Of a stretch of 64,000 nt of DNA, positions 1 to 9,177 are shown one piece after another (position 1 is the first letter of the stretch; every line of letters begins with the position of its first letter). The position numbers and the translations under genes are program-made. The notes under the pieces are model-generated. The model was not told the origin of the DNA, ran no database searches, and saw nothing but the letters and a program-made list of their open reading frames with translations. Location: assembly GCA_034667685.1 (NCBI GenBank), contig JAXDQU010000034.1:31022-95021 (forward strand), in the 5' to 3' direction. Source of the stretch: Thermoplasmata archaeon. GTDB taxonomy: Archaea > Thermoplasmatota > SW-10-69-26 > JACQPN01 > JAJPHT01.

Positions 1-271
1 CGGCAACGTCCGCCTCCACGTGAGCAGCCCCCGCAAGGCCGAGAAGGCGCTCAAGGAGGCAGGCTATCAATACCGCGCGGGCGAGGCCATCACCATCAGC
101 CTCTCCAACGAGCCGGGCCAGCTCGCCGAGGTCTCGCGCAAGCTCGCCAAGGCCAAGATCAACATCGACGCCCTCTTCGGCACCACCGCGCCGGGCACCG
201 ACCAGGCCGAGTTCGTCCTGATGGTCGACGACCCCGCCAAGGCGCGCAAGGCGTTGGGGTTGGAGAAGTAA
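1..271 (+). CDS. ACT-domain protein, C-terminal part (probably starts before the window)
   Basis: SNEPGQLAEVSRKLAKAKINIDAL is an ACT signature; the frame is open to the window edge. Confidence 0.75.
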   Translation, partial: GNVRLHVSSPRKAEKALKEAGYQYRAGEAITISLSNEPGQLAEVSRKLAKAKINIDALFGTTAPGTDQAEFVLMVDDPAKARKALGLEK

Positions 272-314
272 CAACCCTGCCTCTTCATGACGGGGCCTGC
301 TGCTCTTCGCCACC

Positions 315-2543
315 ATGCTGGACCCTGACGCCACGAGCCCTCCCGCGCGGATCGAGCGCAGGATCGGCTTCTCGGACGACGTGCTCCAGGAGATCCACCT
401 CCGCTACGGCCGCAATGCCCGCATCGAGGTCGAGCCGGCGGGCGACGTCGTGGCCCATTTCCCCGACGGGGGCCGCCGCGTCTGGGTGAAGCCGGAGGAA
501 TCGGAGCGCGGCGTGCTCACGGAGGCCGAGGCGCAGGGGCTCGTGGCGAAGCTCGAGGAGGCCGCCGAGCGTCCGGGGCAGCTCTTGAGCTGGGTCCTCT
601 GCACGCTGAAGCGCCAGCCTCCGGGCGTGATCAACCCGCCCTCCCGCGCCGCGGAACGGCGGGGCGTCGAGTTCGGCGCCTGGTACGAGGGGAAGCTCGC
701 CCCCTTGCGCAAGGCGGACCAAATCCCCGTGCGCAGGCCGCCGAAGCCGAAGCCCGCCGCCCCCGTCAAGGTCGCCAAGCCCAACATGCTCGCCGACCGT
801 CCCATCGCGTCCGACGCGGAGGACCGGCTCGACTACAAGCCCTACGCGGACGCGCTGGCGAGCCTCATCGACAACCCCCAAACGGCGACGCCGCTGACGC
901 TGGCGATCCACGCGCCTTGGGGCGCGGGGAAGACGAGCCTCGCGCGGCTCGTGGAGAAACGGCTCACGGGCGGGCCCGCGGCGGGCGGTGCGGAGCCGCA
1001 CGTCACGATGTGGTTCAACCCGTGGATGCACGAGGACGCGCCCAGCCTGCGCGGCGCGTTCGTCGCGGAGGTCGCGCAGCAGGCCGGACGTAAGCGCAGG
1101 TTGTGGCGGCGGCTCCTCTTCCCGCTGCCCGCGGGGCTGCGCTCGCCCAGCCAGCAGCTCCGCGTGCGCCTGATGCAGGGCGCCCTCCTCCTCTCCGTCG
1201 CGCTGCTCGTGGGCCTCGCCGCGGTCGGCTTGGGCCTCGCGACCGCGCCGGACTGGACGCCACCCGCGTGGATCCCGAAGGTCGGTCCCGACCTCGTGGT
1301 CGCGGCGCTCGTGGTGTCCGCGACGGGCTTCGGCCTGCGCCTCGTGGGCGCGGTGGGCGGCGCCATCGCGAGCTTCGTGCGCGACCCCAAGGCGGAGTCG
1401 GCGACGGGCTCCATCCCCGGCGTGCGCGCGCAGCTTGGCAAGCTCCTGCGCCAGGCGACGCCGCGGGGCAGCCGCTTCGTCGTCTTCATCGACGACATGG
1501 AGCGCTGCTCGCCCCCGCGCGCCGTGGAGCTCCTGGAGGCGATCAGCCAGCTCGTCGACCATCCCGACGTGGTCGTCGTGCTAGTGGCCGACATGGAGGG
1601 CGTCGCCGCGCACGCCGAGCTGAAGTACGCCGACCTCGCGCGCCAGCAGAAGCGGGACGACTTCGGCCGGCCCTACCTGGAGAAGATCGTGCAGGTGCAG
1701 TTCGACGTGCCCGCGCCGGCCGTGGGGCGCGTGCGCGCGGCGCTGGAAGGCGTCACCGCGCAGGAGCGCCAGCCTTCGGACGGGCCGTGGCGCCGCGTCC
1801 GACGCATCCTCGCCGAGACGATGGAGGGGCTCCGCGCGACGCCGCGCCTCTTCTCGCGCTTCAACCTCTGGCGCACCCTGCGGGACGCGTGGCCGAGCCT
1901 GCTCGCGGCCGCGCTCCTCGGCTACGTGCTCCTGCACCCCGGCCTCATGGGCATCCTTCCGATCCCCGGCGGCCAGGTCGTCGCCTGGATCGGCCTGGGC
2001 CTCGTCTGTCTCCTCCTTCTCGTCGTGGAATGGCAACGGACGTTGCGCGGCGTCCGCATCACCCAGCTGCGCGGCCAGATCGAGGACGCCAGCGCCGGGG
2101 GCGCCGATGCGCCCACCGTCGCGCGCGGGTACGAGGAGACGCTCCGTCACCTCGAGGGCCAGGCGGCGGACCTGCGCCTCGCCAACGCGTCGGACTTCGT
2201 CACGCAGGCGCGCGACGAGGCGCTCTCGCGGGTGCCCGCGCTGCCGCGCCACGCCAAGCGCGTTGAGAACCGCGTGCGCCTCCTGGCGGTCATCGCGAAG
2301 CGCCGCGGGATCCTCGACGGTGAGGGCGCGCTCCAGGCGCGGCAGCTTGGCAAGTGGGTCGCGCTGCAGGAGCGCTGGCCCGACCGGGCGCGGCGCATCG
2401 CGGAGGATCCCGGCTGGCTGGCGCGCGAGGAGACCGCGGCGCGCGAGCAGCCTGCGAAGGGAGACGACTGGTCGGCGTTCCTGCGCGACGAGCCTGCGCT
2501 GGGACCTGCGAGCGCCATGCTCACGCGCTTCGAGCGGGCGTAG
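315..2543 (+). CDS. KAP-family P-loop NTPase with transmembrane segments
   Basis: DRLDYKPYADALA, Walker A APWGAGKTS, WFNPW, Walker B VVFIDDMERC, YLEKIVQVQF; TM helices inserted in the NTPase domain. Confidence 0.9.
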   Translation: MLDPDATSPPARIERRIGFSDDVLQEIHLRYGRNARIEVEPAGDVVAHFPDGGRRVWVKPEESERGVLTEAEAQGLVAKLEEAAERPGQLLSWVLCTLKRQPPGVINPPSRAAERRGVEFGAWYEGKLAPLRKADQIPVRRPPKPKPAAPVKVAKPNMLADRPIASDAEDRLDYKPYADALASLIDNPQTATPLTLAIHAPWGAGKTSLARLVEKRLTGGPAAGGAEPHVTMWFNPWMHEDAPSLRGAFVAEVAQQAGRKRRLWRRLLFPLPAGLRSPSQQLRVRLMQGALLLSVALLVGLAAVGLGLATAPDWTPPAWIPKVGPDLVVAALVVSATGFGLRLVGAVGGAIASFVRDPKAESATGSIPGVRAQLGKLLRQATPRGSRFVVFIDDMERCSPPRAVELLEAISQLVDHPDVVVVLVADMEGVAAHAELKYADLARQQKRDDFGRPYLEKIVQVQFDVPAPAVGRVRAALEGVTAQERQPSDGPWRRVRRILAETMEGLRATPRLFSRFNLWRTLRDAWPSLLAAALLGYVLLHPGLMGILPIPGGQVVAWIGLGLVCLLLLVVEWQRTLRGVRITQLRGQIEDASAGGADAPTVARGYEETLRHLEGQAADLRLANASDFVTQARDEALSRVPALPRHAKRVENRVRLLAVIAKRRGILDGEGALQARQLGKWVALQERWPDRARRIAEDPGWLAREETAAREQPAKGDDWSAFLRDEPALGPASAMLTRFERA

Positions 2544-3561
2544 CGGAGCGCAGCAGCTTCCGGTGCGCCGTCCCCAGCGCGACGTCGTCAGGCCGCCGCC
2601 ATTCGCCAGCCTCGCCGTCCGTCTCGACGGCGTACGCTTCCATCTTCCAGCGGCGGTGCGTGAAGACGTGCTCGCCGCGCCGCTCGGGGCGCTCGGCCAC
2701 GCGCGCGCGGCCATCGGTGAGGCGCTCCACGTGCTCGCGCAGCAGCTCGCGAGCATCCGCGCCGCGCGGCACCTCGACCCAGGGCAGCCCCCACGTGCCG
2801 GCGAGGAGGCCGGCGTCGCGCTTCTCCAGGAGCATCGCGCCTCCGCGCTTGGAGAGGGCGAGCGCCACGCGCATCTCGCGGGGCGCGGCGGCGGGCGCCT
2901 TCACCGGGTATCGCGTGGCCTGCGCGCGGCCCAGGCACGCCTCGGCGAGCGGGCACGCTTCGCAGCGGGGCGCCTTGGGCGTACAGACGGTGGCACCCAA
3001 TTCCATGAGCGCCTCGTTGAACGCGCCGGGCGCGTCGCGCGGCTGCGCGGCCAGGACCCACGCCTCGGCCTTGCGGCGCGTGGCGGGCAGCGTGATATCA
3101 TCCTCGGAGGCGGTGAGGCGCGACCAGACGCGCAGGACGTTGCCGTCCACCGCCGGCGCGGGGAGGCCGAAGGCGAGGCTGGCGACGGCGCCCGCGGTGT
3201 AGGGGCCCATGCCGGGGATCTCGCGCAGCGCGGCGAGGTCGGCGGGAAGCTCTCCCTGGTGGCGCTCGACGACGCGCCGCGCGCCGCTTTGCAGCAGCCG
3301 CGCGCGCCGGTAGTAGCCGAGCCCTTCCCACGCCTTCATGAGGTCGTCCTCGCGCGCCGCGGCGAGGCTTTTGATATCGGGGAAGCGCGCGAGGAACGGC
3401 TCGTAGTAGCGCAGGACCGTCTCGACGCGCGTCTGCTGGAGCATGACCTCGCTCACCCAGACGCGGTAGGGATCGCGCGGCTCCTGGCGCCAGGGGAGGC
3501 CGCGCTTGCTCGCGGCGAACCATGACAGCAGGCTCAGTGGGCGCGCCTCCTGGCGAGCCAC
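2521..3561 (-). CDS. mutY: A/G-specific adenine DNA glycosylase
   Basis: RGLPWR, VWVSEVMLQQT, GLGYYRRAR, HhH IPGMGPYTA, VDGNV, FeS motif CTPKAPRCEACPLAEAC, C-terminal NUDIX-like domain; GTG start inferred. Confidence 0.93.
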   Translation of the reverse strand: MARQEARPLSLLSWFAASKRGLPWRQEPRDPYRVWVSEVMLQQTRVETVLRYYEPFLARFPDIKSLAAAREDDLMKAWEGLGYYRRARLLQSGARRVVERHQGELPADLAALREIPGMGPYTAGAVASLAFGLPAPAVDGNVLRVWSRLTASEDDITLPATRRKAEAWVLAAQPRDAPGAFNEALMELGATVCTPKAPRCEACPLAEACLGRAQATRYPVKAPAAAPREMRVALALSKRGGAMLLEKRDAGLLAGTWGLPWVEVPRGADARELLREHVERLTDGRARVAERPERRGEHVFTHRRWKMEAYAVETDGEAGEWRRPDDVALGTAHRKLLRSATPARSA

Positions 3562-4883
3562 GCGCCGGCGCCTCCGCACAGGAGCGCGACCAGCGCGAGG
3601 CCCGCGATCTCGGGCGCGATCTCGCCCAGCGCGTTGCCACGCAGCATCGCGCCGCGCAGCGCGTCGGTGGCGAGCGTCACGGGCAGCACGGAGGAGACGG
3701 CGCGGGCGGGCGCGGGCATGAACGCGACGGGGAAGAAGAGGCCGCCCAGGAGCAGCATGGGCAGGAGCGCGAGGACGGCGAGGAGCGCGGCGCCGGAGCT
3801 TGCGCGCGTGAGGCCCGCGGCGAGGAGCCCCAGGGCGCCCGCGGCGAGCGAGGCGAGGAGCAGCACGCCCAGCGTCATCGCGGGGTCCGCGACGGTGGCG
3901 CCCAGGAGCGCGAAGCCAAGCGCCAGCGCGACGGCGGCGGGCACGAGCGCGGCCAAGAGCGCGACGAGGAGCTTGGAGACGAGCGACCACGTCCGGGCGC
4001 CCGGCGCGGCGGCGAGCCTGCGCGCGGCGCCGGTCTCGCGCTCGCGGGCGGCCAGGAGCGCGGCGGAGAGCGCGCCGGTCCAGAAGACGCCGAGCACGAT
4101 CGCGCCAGGAAGCGCGACGGTCGAAAGGCGCGTGTCCTGCGAGGCGAGGCCGCTGTCCTGCACCTGCAAGGGGAGCGCGGTCGTGGTGAGATATCGTTCG
4201 CTGTTGCCCAGCACGCCGCCGGCGAAGTCGAGGAAGTCGATGACGTCCTGCACACGCTGCGCGTCGGGGTTGTTGGGCGCCATGCTGGACTTGACCTGGG
4301 AGAGCTCGACGCGCGCCTGGTGGATGCCCAGGACCGAGACGTCCTGCCCGAGCACGTTGGTCACGCCGCCGCTCTCCGTGAGGTTGAGCAGCACGAGCAC
4401 GCCGCGGATCTTCTCCTGCACGATGGCCTTGAGGAAGTCGTTGAGCACGCCCTTGACCGCGTTGCGCGCGACGCTGGCGTGGATGGGATCGGACTCGTCG
4501 ACGACGAGCCTGACCGTCGCGTTGCTGCCCAGCGTGCCGAGCTGGTTGAGGAAGTGCGCGGGCACGACGAGCACCGCGTCCACCTCGCCGCGCCTCAGCC
4601 GCGCGAGGCCGTCGGCGTCGCTGGTCGCCTTCACCACGTGCGCGAAGCCGTTGCTCGCGACGAGCATGTCCTCCGCCGTCACGTTGCGGCCGTTCACGTC
4701 GAGCTGGTCCGCGACGTCGTGGTTCACGAGCGCGAGGTCGAGCTTCTGCGGCGGCGTCTGGAAGGCCGCGCCGAGCACGACGACGAGCAGCACGGGGTAG
4801 AGCATGAGCGCCGCGAGCAGCGCGCGGTTGCGCAGCAGCAGGCGCGCGTCCTTCACGAAGTGGGCGAGGAGCACGGCTACCAT
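3534..4883 (-). CDS. ABC-2 type transporter permease with a large extracellular loop
   Basis: N-terminal TM, soluble loop, several C-terminal TMs, RERETG and GGLFFP motifs. Confidence 0.85.
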   Translation of the reverse strand: MVAVLLAHFVKDARLLLRNRALLAALMLYPVLLVVVLGAAFQTPPQKLDLALVNHDVADQLDVNGRNVTAEDMLVASNGFAHVVKATSDADGLARLRRGEVDAVLVVPAHFLNQLGTLGSNATVRLVVDESDPIHASVARNAVKGVLNDFLKAIVQEKIRGVLVLLNLTESGGVTNVLGQDVSVLGIHQARVELSQVKSSMAPNNPDAQRVQDVIDFLDFAGGVLGNSERYLTTTALPLQVQDSGLASQDTRLSTVALPGAIVLGVFWTGALSAALLAARERETGAARRLAAAPGARTWSLVSKLLVALLAALVPAAVALALGFALLGATVADPAMTLGVLLLASLAAGALGLLAAGLTRASSGAALLAVLALLPMLLLGGLFFPVAFMPAPARAVSSVLPVTLATDALRGAMLRGNALGEIAPEIAGLALVALLCGGAGAWLARRRAH

Positions 4884-4918
4884 CTCCCGTCGCGCTCGAC
4901 CTGCGCTCCGCGCTCGTC

Positions 4919-5006
4919 CCGCCAGCACGCCAGCACGCCAACGCGCATGGTCGTGTGGCGCTCGCGTTCCCGTCCATCGCGTGTTGGCGCGCTGGCGTGC
5001 TGGCGG
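4919..5006. repeat. Palindromic tandem-repeat element (8-mer CACGCCAG/CACGCCAA family)
   Basis: ccgccagcacgccagcacgccaac ... gttggcgcgctggcgtgctggcgg. Confidence 0.85.
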
Positions 5007-5052
5007 AAGCCGCGAAGCGGCGACGGCGCGCGCGCACGCTCGACGACGCGCA

Positions 5053-5751
5053 TCATGGCGCCTCCAGCCCGCGATATCGCGCGTCGAGCTTCGGCGCCTC
5101 GCTCGCGGGCAGGTCGGACACAATCCTCCCATTCAGGAGAAAGAGCACGCGGTCCGCGACGCGCGAGGCCTCCACGAGGTCGTGCGTCGAGAAGAGGATC
5201 GTGCGCGTCTCGCCGCGGTACGCCCGGAGCAGCCGGGCGAGGCGCTCGCGCGCGGCCGGATCGAGGCCGGTGCCGGGCTCGTCGAGGAGCAGCACGTCGG
5301 GCTCGTGGATCAGGCACGAGGCGACGGCCGCGCGCTGGCGCAGCCCGCCCGAGAGGTCCCCGGCGCGGACGTGGGCGCGGTCCGCGAGCGCGAACTCGCC
5401 GAGCAGCCGGTCGACGCGCTCGCGCAGCCGGCGCCCGCGCACGCCTTCGAGCCGGCCGAAGAACGCGAGGTTCTCGCGGGTGGTCAGCTCGGGGTAGAGG
5501 TTCTCGCCCTGGGGCACGAAGCCGATCTTGCGGCCCAGCCGCTTCGTGTCCTCGGGGAGCAGCACGCCCGCGACCTTCGCGTCGCCCGAGGTGGGCAGAA
5601 GGACGCCGGCCAGGATCTGGAGAAGGGTGCTCTTCCCGGCGCCGTTGGGCCCCAGGAGCGCGACGGTCTGTCCGGGCGGCGCCTCGAAGGAAGCGCCCAC
5701 GAGCGCGTGCGTTTGCCCGTAGTCTCGGGTGAGCCCCCGGGCCGTGATCAC
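5053..5751 (-). CDS. ABC transporter ATP-binding protein
   Basis: GPNGAGKST, LSGG, LLLDEP, STH. Confidence 0.95.
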   Translation of the reverse strand: MITARGLTRDYGQTHALVGASFEAPPGQTVALLGPNGAGKSTLLQILAGVLLPTSGDAKVAGVLLPEDTKRLGRKIGFVPQGENLYPELTTRENLAFFGRLEGVRGRRLRERVDRLLGEFALADRAHVRAGDLSGGLRQRAAVASCLIHEPDVLLLDEPGTGLDPAARERLARLLRAYRGETRTILFSTHDLVEASRVADRVLFLLNGRIVSDLPASEAPKLDARYRGLEAP

Positions 5752-5802
5752 GGCCGCGGGAGCAAGGCCCGGCCAGATAAGGCTAGACGATCGGTCGTGC
5801 GA

Positions 5803-6036
5803 CTACGCGAGGGGCACGCAGTACTGGCACGGGTACGGAATCTCGTACTGGCAGTCGTAGTAGTAGTCGCCGTAGGACCAGGAGGTGCCGATGCAGGCGA
5901 GGCCGGGGCAGTGGGGGCCGGGCTGGACGGTGCCCGAGAGGACCGTGCACGTGCCGAACGCGTCCGCGGAGGGCGCGGCGGTCACGAAGACGGTGGTCGC
6001 AAGGAGAAGCATGGCGGCAAGGATGACGATGCGCAT
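5803..6036 (-). CDS. Small secreted Cys-rich peptide (6 Cys)
   Basis: Signal peptide MRIVILAAMLLLATTVFVTAAPSADA; mature part has 6 Cys and ends CVPLA. Confidence 0.7.
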   Translation of the reverse strand: MRIVILAAMLLLATTVFVTAAPSADAFGTCTVLSGTVQPGPHCPGLACIGTSWSYGDYYYDCQYEIPYPCQYCVPLA

Positions 6037-6118
6037 GGGGTTGTGCCCGCCGCCCGCACGCCGTTGCCGTGACAAGAAGTGTCGGAGGGCGCAGCCGCGT
6101 GGATGCGTGACCCCGAGA

Positions 6119-6179
6119 GAAACCCGACGACCCGCGGATCCGAGAACCCGAGGGGCGAGACGTCGGGTCGTCGGGTTTC
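6119..6179. repeat. Palindromic tandem-repeat element (8-mer CCCGACGA-like)
   Basis: gaaacccgacgacccg ... cgggtcgtcgggtttc, a 16-bp inverted repeat. Confidence 0.8.
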
Positions 6180-6187
6180 GGCCCCGG

Positions 6188-7159
6188 TCACACCCGCGCC
6201 AGCAGCTCGGCCACGCCCTGCTTGACCGTCGCGCCTTCGTAGAGGATGCGGTGGACGACGCGCGTGAGGGGAAGGTCCAGGTCCTCGTCCACGGCGTAGT
6301 CGTTGAACGCCTTGGTGGCGAAGACGCCCTCGGCGACCTGGCCGTGCATCTTCTCCTTGATCTGCTCGGCGGGCGTGCCGCGGCCCAGCTCGCGCCCGTA
6401 GAAGCGGTTGCGCGAGTGCTCGCTGGTGACGGTGGCCACGAGGTCGCCCAGCCCCGCGAGGCCGTAGACGGTGCGCTCGTCGGCGCCGAAGAGCGTGGCC
6501 AATTCCACCATCTCGTCGATGCCCAGCGTGACGAGGCACGCGGAGCAGTTGTCGCCCCAGCCGAGGCCCTCGGCCATGCCGCCGGCGAGCGCGACGACGT
6601 TCTTGTACGACCCGCACACCTCGGCGCCCACGAGGTCGCGGCGCGGGTAGGCCTTGAAGAAGCGCGTCGCGAAGAGATCGGCCCACTCCTGCGCGATCGC
6701 CATGTCGGGGTAGGCGAGCACGGCCGCGGTGGGCTGGCCGACGCTGACCTCCTCCGCGTGGTTGGGTCCCGTGATGCACGCGACGGGCTTGCCCGTCTCC
6801 TCGTGGATGACCTCGCTCATGCGCTTGTGCGTGCGCTGCTCCAGCCCCTTCGTCGCGGAGACGACGAGCGCCTCCGGGGCGAGGTGCTTGGCGTACACGC
6901 GAGCGAATTCCCGGGTCGCCTTGCTGGGGACCGCGTGGACCACGTGCCGCTCGCCCGCGAGCGCCTCCGGGAGGTCGTGCGTGACCGCGAGGCTGGGCGG
7001 GAAGGGGACGTTGCTGACGTAGTGCGGGTTGCGGCGCTCCTTGCGCATCGCGGCCACGAGCTGCTCGTCGCGCGCCCAGAGCGTGACGCGCTCTCCCTTG
7101 CTGGCGAGCAGGATGGCGAGCGTGGTGCCCCATGAGCCGGCACCGAGCACGGCGGGCAC
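6188..7159 (-). CDS. gpsA: NAD(P)H-dependent glycerol-3-phosphate dehydrogenase
   Basis: GAGSWGT, ATKGLE, GPNHAEEV, KNVVALAGG, GLGDL, SRNR motifs. Confidence 0.93.
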   Translation of the reverse strand: MPAVLGAGSWGTTLAILLASKGERVTLWARDEQLVAAMRKERRNPHYVSNVPFPPSLAVTHDLPEALAGERHVVHAVPSKATREFARVYAKHLAPEALVVSATKGLEQRTHKRMSEVIHEETGKPVACITGPNHAEEVSVGQPTAAVLAYPDMAIAQEWADLFATRFFKAYPRRDLVGAEVCGSYKNVVALAGGMAEGLGWGDNCSACLVTLGIDEMVELATLFGADERTVYGLAGLGDLVATVTSEHSRNRFYGRELGRGTPAEQIKEKMHGQVAEGVFATKAFNDYAVDEDLDLPLTRVVHRILYEGATVKQGVAELLARV

Positions 7160-7163
7160 GCGC

Positions 7164-7832
7164 CTACGCTCCCGGCTGCTTGTACTCGGGGTTCTGCGTG
7201 TACTCGGGCACGTACTCCTGCCCCGAGAGGTCGCGGATCGCCACCATGATGCGGTCGGTGACCTCGCGCGTGACCTTGCGGTCCTCCTCCTGGCCGTAGA
7301 ACTCGTCGAAGCGCATGGGCGCGCCGATGTGGATCGTGACCTTGTGCAGCGAGGGGACGCTCTTGCCCTTGGGCAGCACCTTGTCGGTGCCGATCATGCC
7401 CACGGGGATGACGGGGACGCGGGCCTTCAGCGCGAGCCGCGCCACGCCGGTCCTGCCCTTGTGGAGCTTGCCGTCCACGCTGCGCGTGCCCTCCGGGTAG
7501 ATGCCGAAGAGCTTGCCTTCGTCGAGGAGCTGGAGCGAGCGCGCGAACGCTTCGTTGTCCCCCTCGCCGCGCTTGAGCGGGATGACGCCCCACTGCTCGA
7601 AGAGCCAGCGCTGGACGGGCACGTCGAAGTGCTGCGCCTTGCTGATGAAGAAGATCTGCCGCGGCACGCACGCCGGCAGGAAGTAGTGGTCCGTGTAGGA
7701 GAGGTGGTTCGACGCGAGGATGGCGGCGCCGGCCTTGGGCACGTGGTGGAGCCCGGTGGCGTGGACCCGCCAGAGCCCGCGCAGCATGGGCCCGACGGTG
7801 AACTGCGACGCCTTGTAGAATCGCTCGCCCAT
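7164..7832 (-). CDS. plsC: 1-acyl-sn-glycerol-3-phosphate acyltransferase (PlsC family)
   Basis: NHLSYTD (HX4D), YPEGTRS, VPVIPV. Confidence 0.9.
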   Translation of the reverse strand: MGERFYKASQFTVGPMLRGLWRVHATGLHHVPKAGAAILASNHLSYTDHYFLPACVPRQIFFISKAQHFDVPVQRWLFEQWGVIPLKRGEGDNEAFARSLQLLDEGKLFGIYPEGTRSVDGKLHKGRTGVARLALKARVPVIPVGMIGTDKVLPKGKSVPSLHKVTIHIGAPMRFDEFYGQEEDRKVTREVTDRIMVAIRDLSGQEYVPEYTQNPEYKQPGA

Positions 7833-7880
7833 GACGCGGGGGCCAAGCCGGGCGGGGCAGGTAAGATTTTCGGCCAGCGC

Positions 7881-7955
7881 GGGGGGTTCGGGGGGCGCAG
7901 CCCCCCGACGTTTCGCACGCGCAAATCCTCAAGCCCAACCCGGGGCTGCGCCCCG
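7881..7955. repeat. G-rich REP-like hairpin motif plus a second mini-hairpin
   Basis: GGGGGGTTCGGGGGGC-GCA-GCCCCCCGA and cggggc-tgc-gccccg; resembles 22161-22190. Confidence 0.6.
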
Positions 7956-7957
7956 TC

Positions 7958-8380
7958 GTGGACGCGCCGCGCACCTTCACGCCCGAGGAAGCCCAGGCGC
8001 TCCTTCCGCAGGTCCGCCCCCTGCTGGCGCAGCTCCGTGACGCGTTCCACGGCTTCCGCTTCGCGCGCGAGCAGTGGACCGAGCTGCGCGAGGTGTACGG
8101 CGAGGACCCGGCCAGCGTCGAGCAGCACCCGGCCCACGACGAGGCCGTCCGCTGGCGCCGCGAGGCCGAAGCCCAGGGGCAGCGCGTGCAGGCGCTCGTG
8201 GACGAGCTCGACGCGCTCGGCGTCGAGGTCAAGGACCCCATGCTGGGCCTCATCGACTTCTACGCGCAGCGCGAGGGCGAGCTCGTCTACCTCTGCTTCC
8301 GCGACGACGAGGACGCGCTGCGCTACTGGCACCCGCTCTCCACCGGATTCGCGGGACGGCGGCCGCTCTCCGAGTTCTGA
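7958..8380 (+). CDS. DUF2203-family protein
   Basis: FTPEEAQALLP, GVEVKD, GLIDF, YLCF, YWH, GFAGRRP. Confidence 0.85.
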   Translation: MDAPRTFTPEEAQALLPQVRPLLAQLRDAFHGFRFAREQWTELREVYGEDPASVEQHPAHDEAVRWRREAEAQGQRVQALVDELDALGVEVKDPMLGLIDFYAQREGELVYLCFRDDEDALRYWHPLSTGFAGRRPLSEF

Positions 8381-8385
8381 CATCA

Positions 8386-8495
8386 AAGGGAAGACGGGAA
8401 GCGAGGGAAGAAAGGAACAAGGGAACAAGGGAACAAGGGAACAAGGGCCCCCTTGTTCCCTTCTTCCCTCGCTTCCCGTCTTCCCGTCTTCCCTT
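8386..8495. repeat. Palindromic tandem-repeat element (GGGAAGAC/GGGAACAA family)
   Basis: Purine-rich arm of gggaagac/gggaacaa units followed by the complementary ttcccgtc arm. Confidence 0.9.
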
Positions 8496-8551
8496 CGGAT
8501 TTCGATATCACGGCCACATGCCCGATAGCGGATGCGACGCGACGGGCTGAC

Positions 8552-8833
8552 ATGCAACGCTTCCTGGCGATCCACGCCATTCCCCTGGGCACGAACGAGG
8601 CCGCGTTCCGCCAGACCCTGGTGCGCGTGGCCGACGCGGCGGACAAGCTCGGCATCGACGTCAAGGAGACGCTCTACAACCTCGACCAGGGGAAGGCGTG
8701 GAGCGTCTTCGAGGCGGAGAACGAGGCGGACGTCGTCGAGGTGACGAGCCTCGCGGGCCTGCCGCGCCCCGAGGTGCTTCCCACGGAGATCGTCTACACC
8801 GAGCTGCTCAGCGAGCCGCGTCGGGCGCGCTGA
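8552..8833 (+). CDS. DUF4242-like small protein
   Basis: MQRFLAIH...GKAWSVFEAENEADV pattern; GC-biased codons. Confidence 0.6.
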   Translation: MQRFLAIHAIPLGTNEAAFRQTLVRVADAADKLGIDVKETLYNLDQGKAWSVFEAENEADVVEVTSLAGLPRPEVLPTEIVYTELLSEPRRAR

Positions 8834-8853
8834 ACGGGTCGGAAACGCGCGTC

Positions 8854-9072
8854 CTACGGCAGGCCGCACTCGGTCGAGGCGAGCCGGCAGGTCGCGTTGA
8901 TGGCGACCATACATGCGCCCAGGAGCCAAAGCACACACCTGCCGCCGTCGCCAAGCTGGCAGTTCTCCTGTACAAGGGCATCGCCGCACCTGGTGGCCAT
9001 TGCGCCCGGCGTGACGACGAGAACGGTGGCGGTCACGAGGGAGAGCATCAAGGCGGTCGCAACGAGTTTCAT
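8854..9072 (-). CDS. Small secreted Cys-rich peptide (6 Cys)
   Basis: Signal peptide MKLVATALMLSLVTATVLVVTPGAMA; 6 Cys, ends CGLP. Confidence 0.7.
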   Translation of the reverse strand: MKLVATALMLSLVTATVLVVTPGAMATRCGDALVQENCQLGDGGRCVLWLLGACMVAINATCRLASTECGLP

Positions 9073-9177
9073 GGGGGATCCTTCCGGCCAATGTGGGCCT
9101 GTTGCACGCACGAGCCTCGGGAGCATTATGTTACCTGCAGTGACGAGGTTGCACTTATCGAGGTTTCTTCGCCGGGA

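Noticed and set aside
3535-3537. CTG start for mutY overlapping the permease stop
   Set aside because: An in-frame GTG at 3561 gives an adequate conventional start.
8386-8495. Repeat runs here and at 48755, 49630 and 61041 as CRISPR arrays
   Set aside because: Units are 6-10 nt, contiguous and inverted, with no unique spacers and no cas genes.
9073-9170. GTTGC-like motifs upstream of several secreted-peptide genes (also near 6062, 11890 and 31075)
   Set aside because: Too short and inconsistently spaced to support a shared operator by eye.
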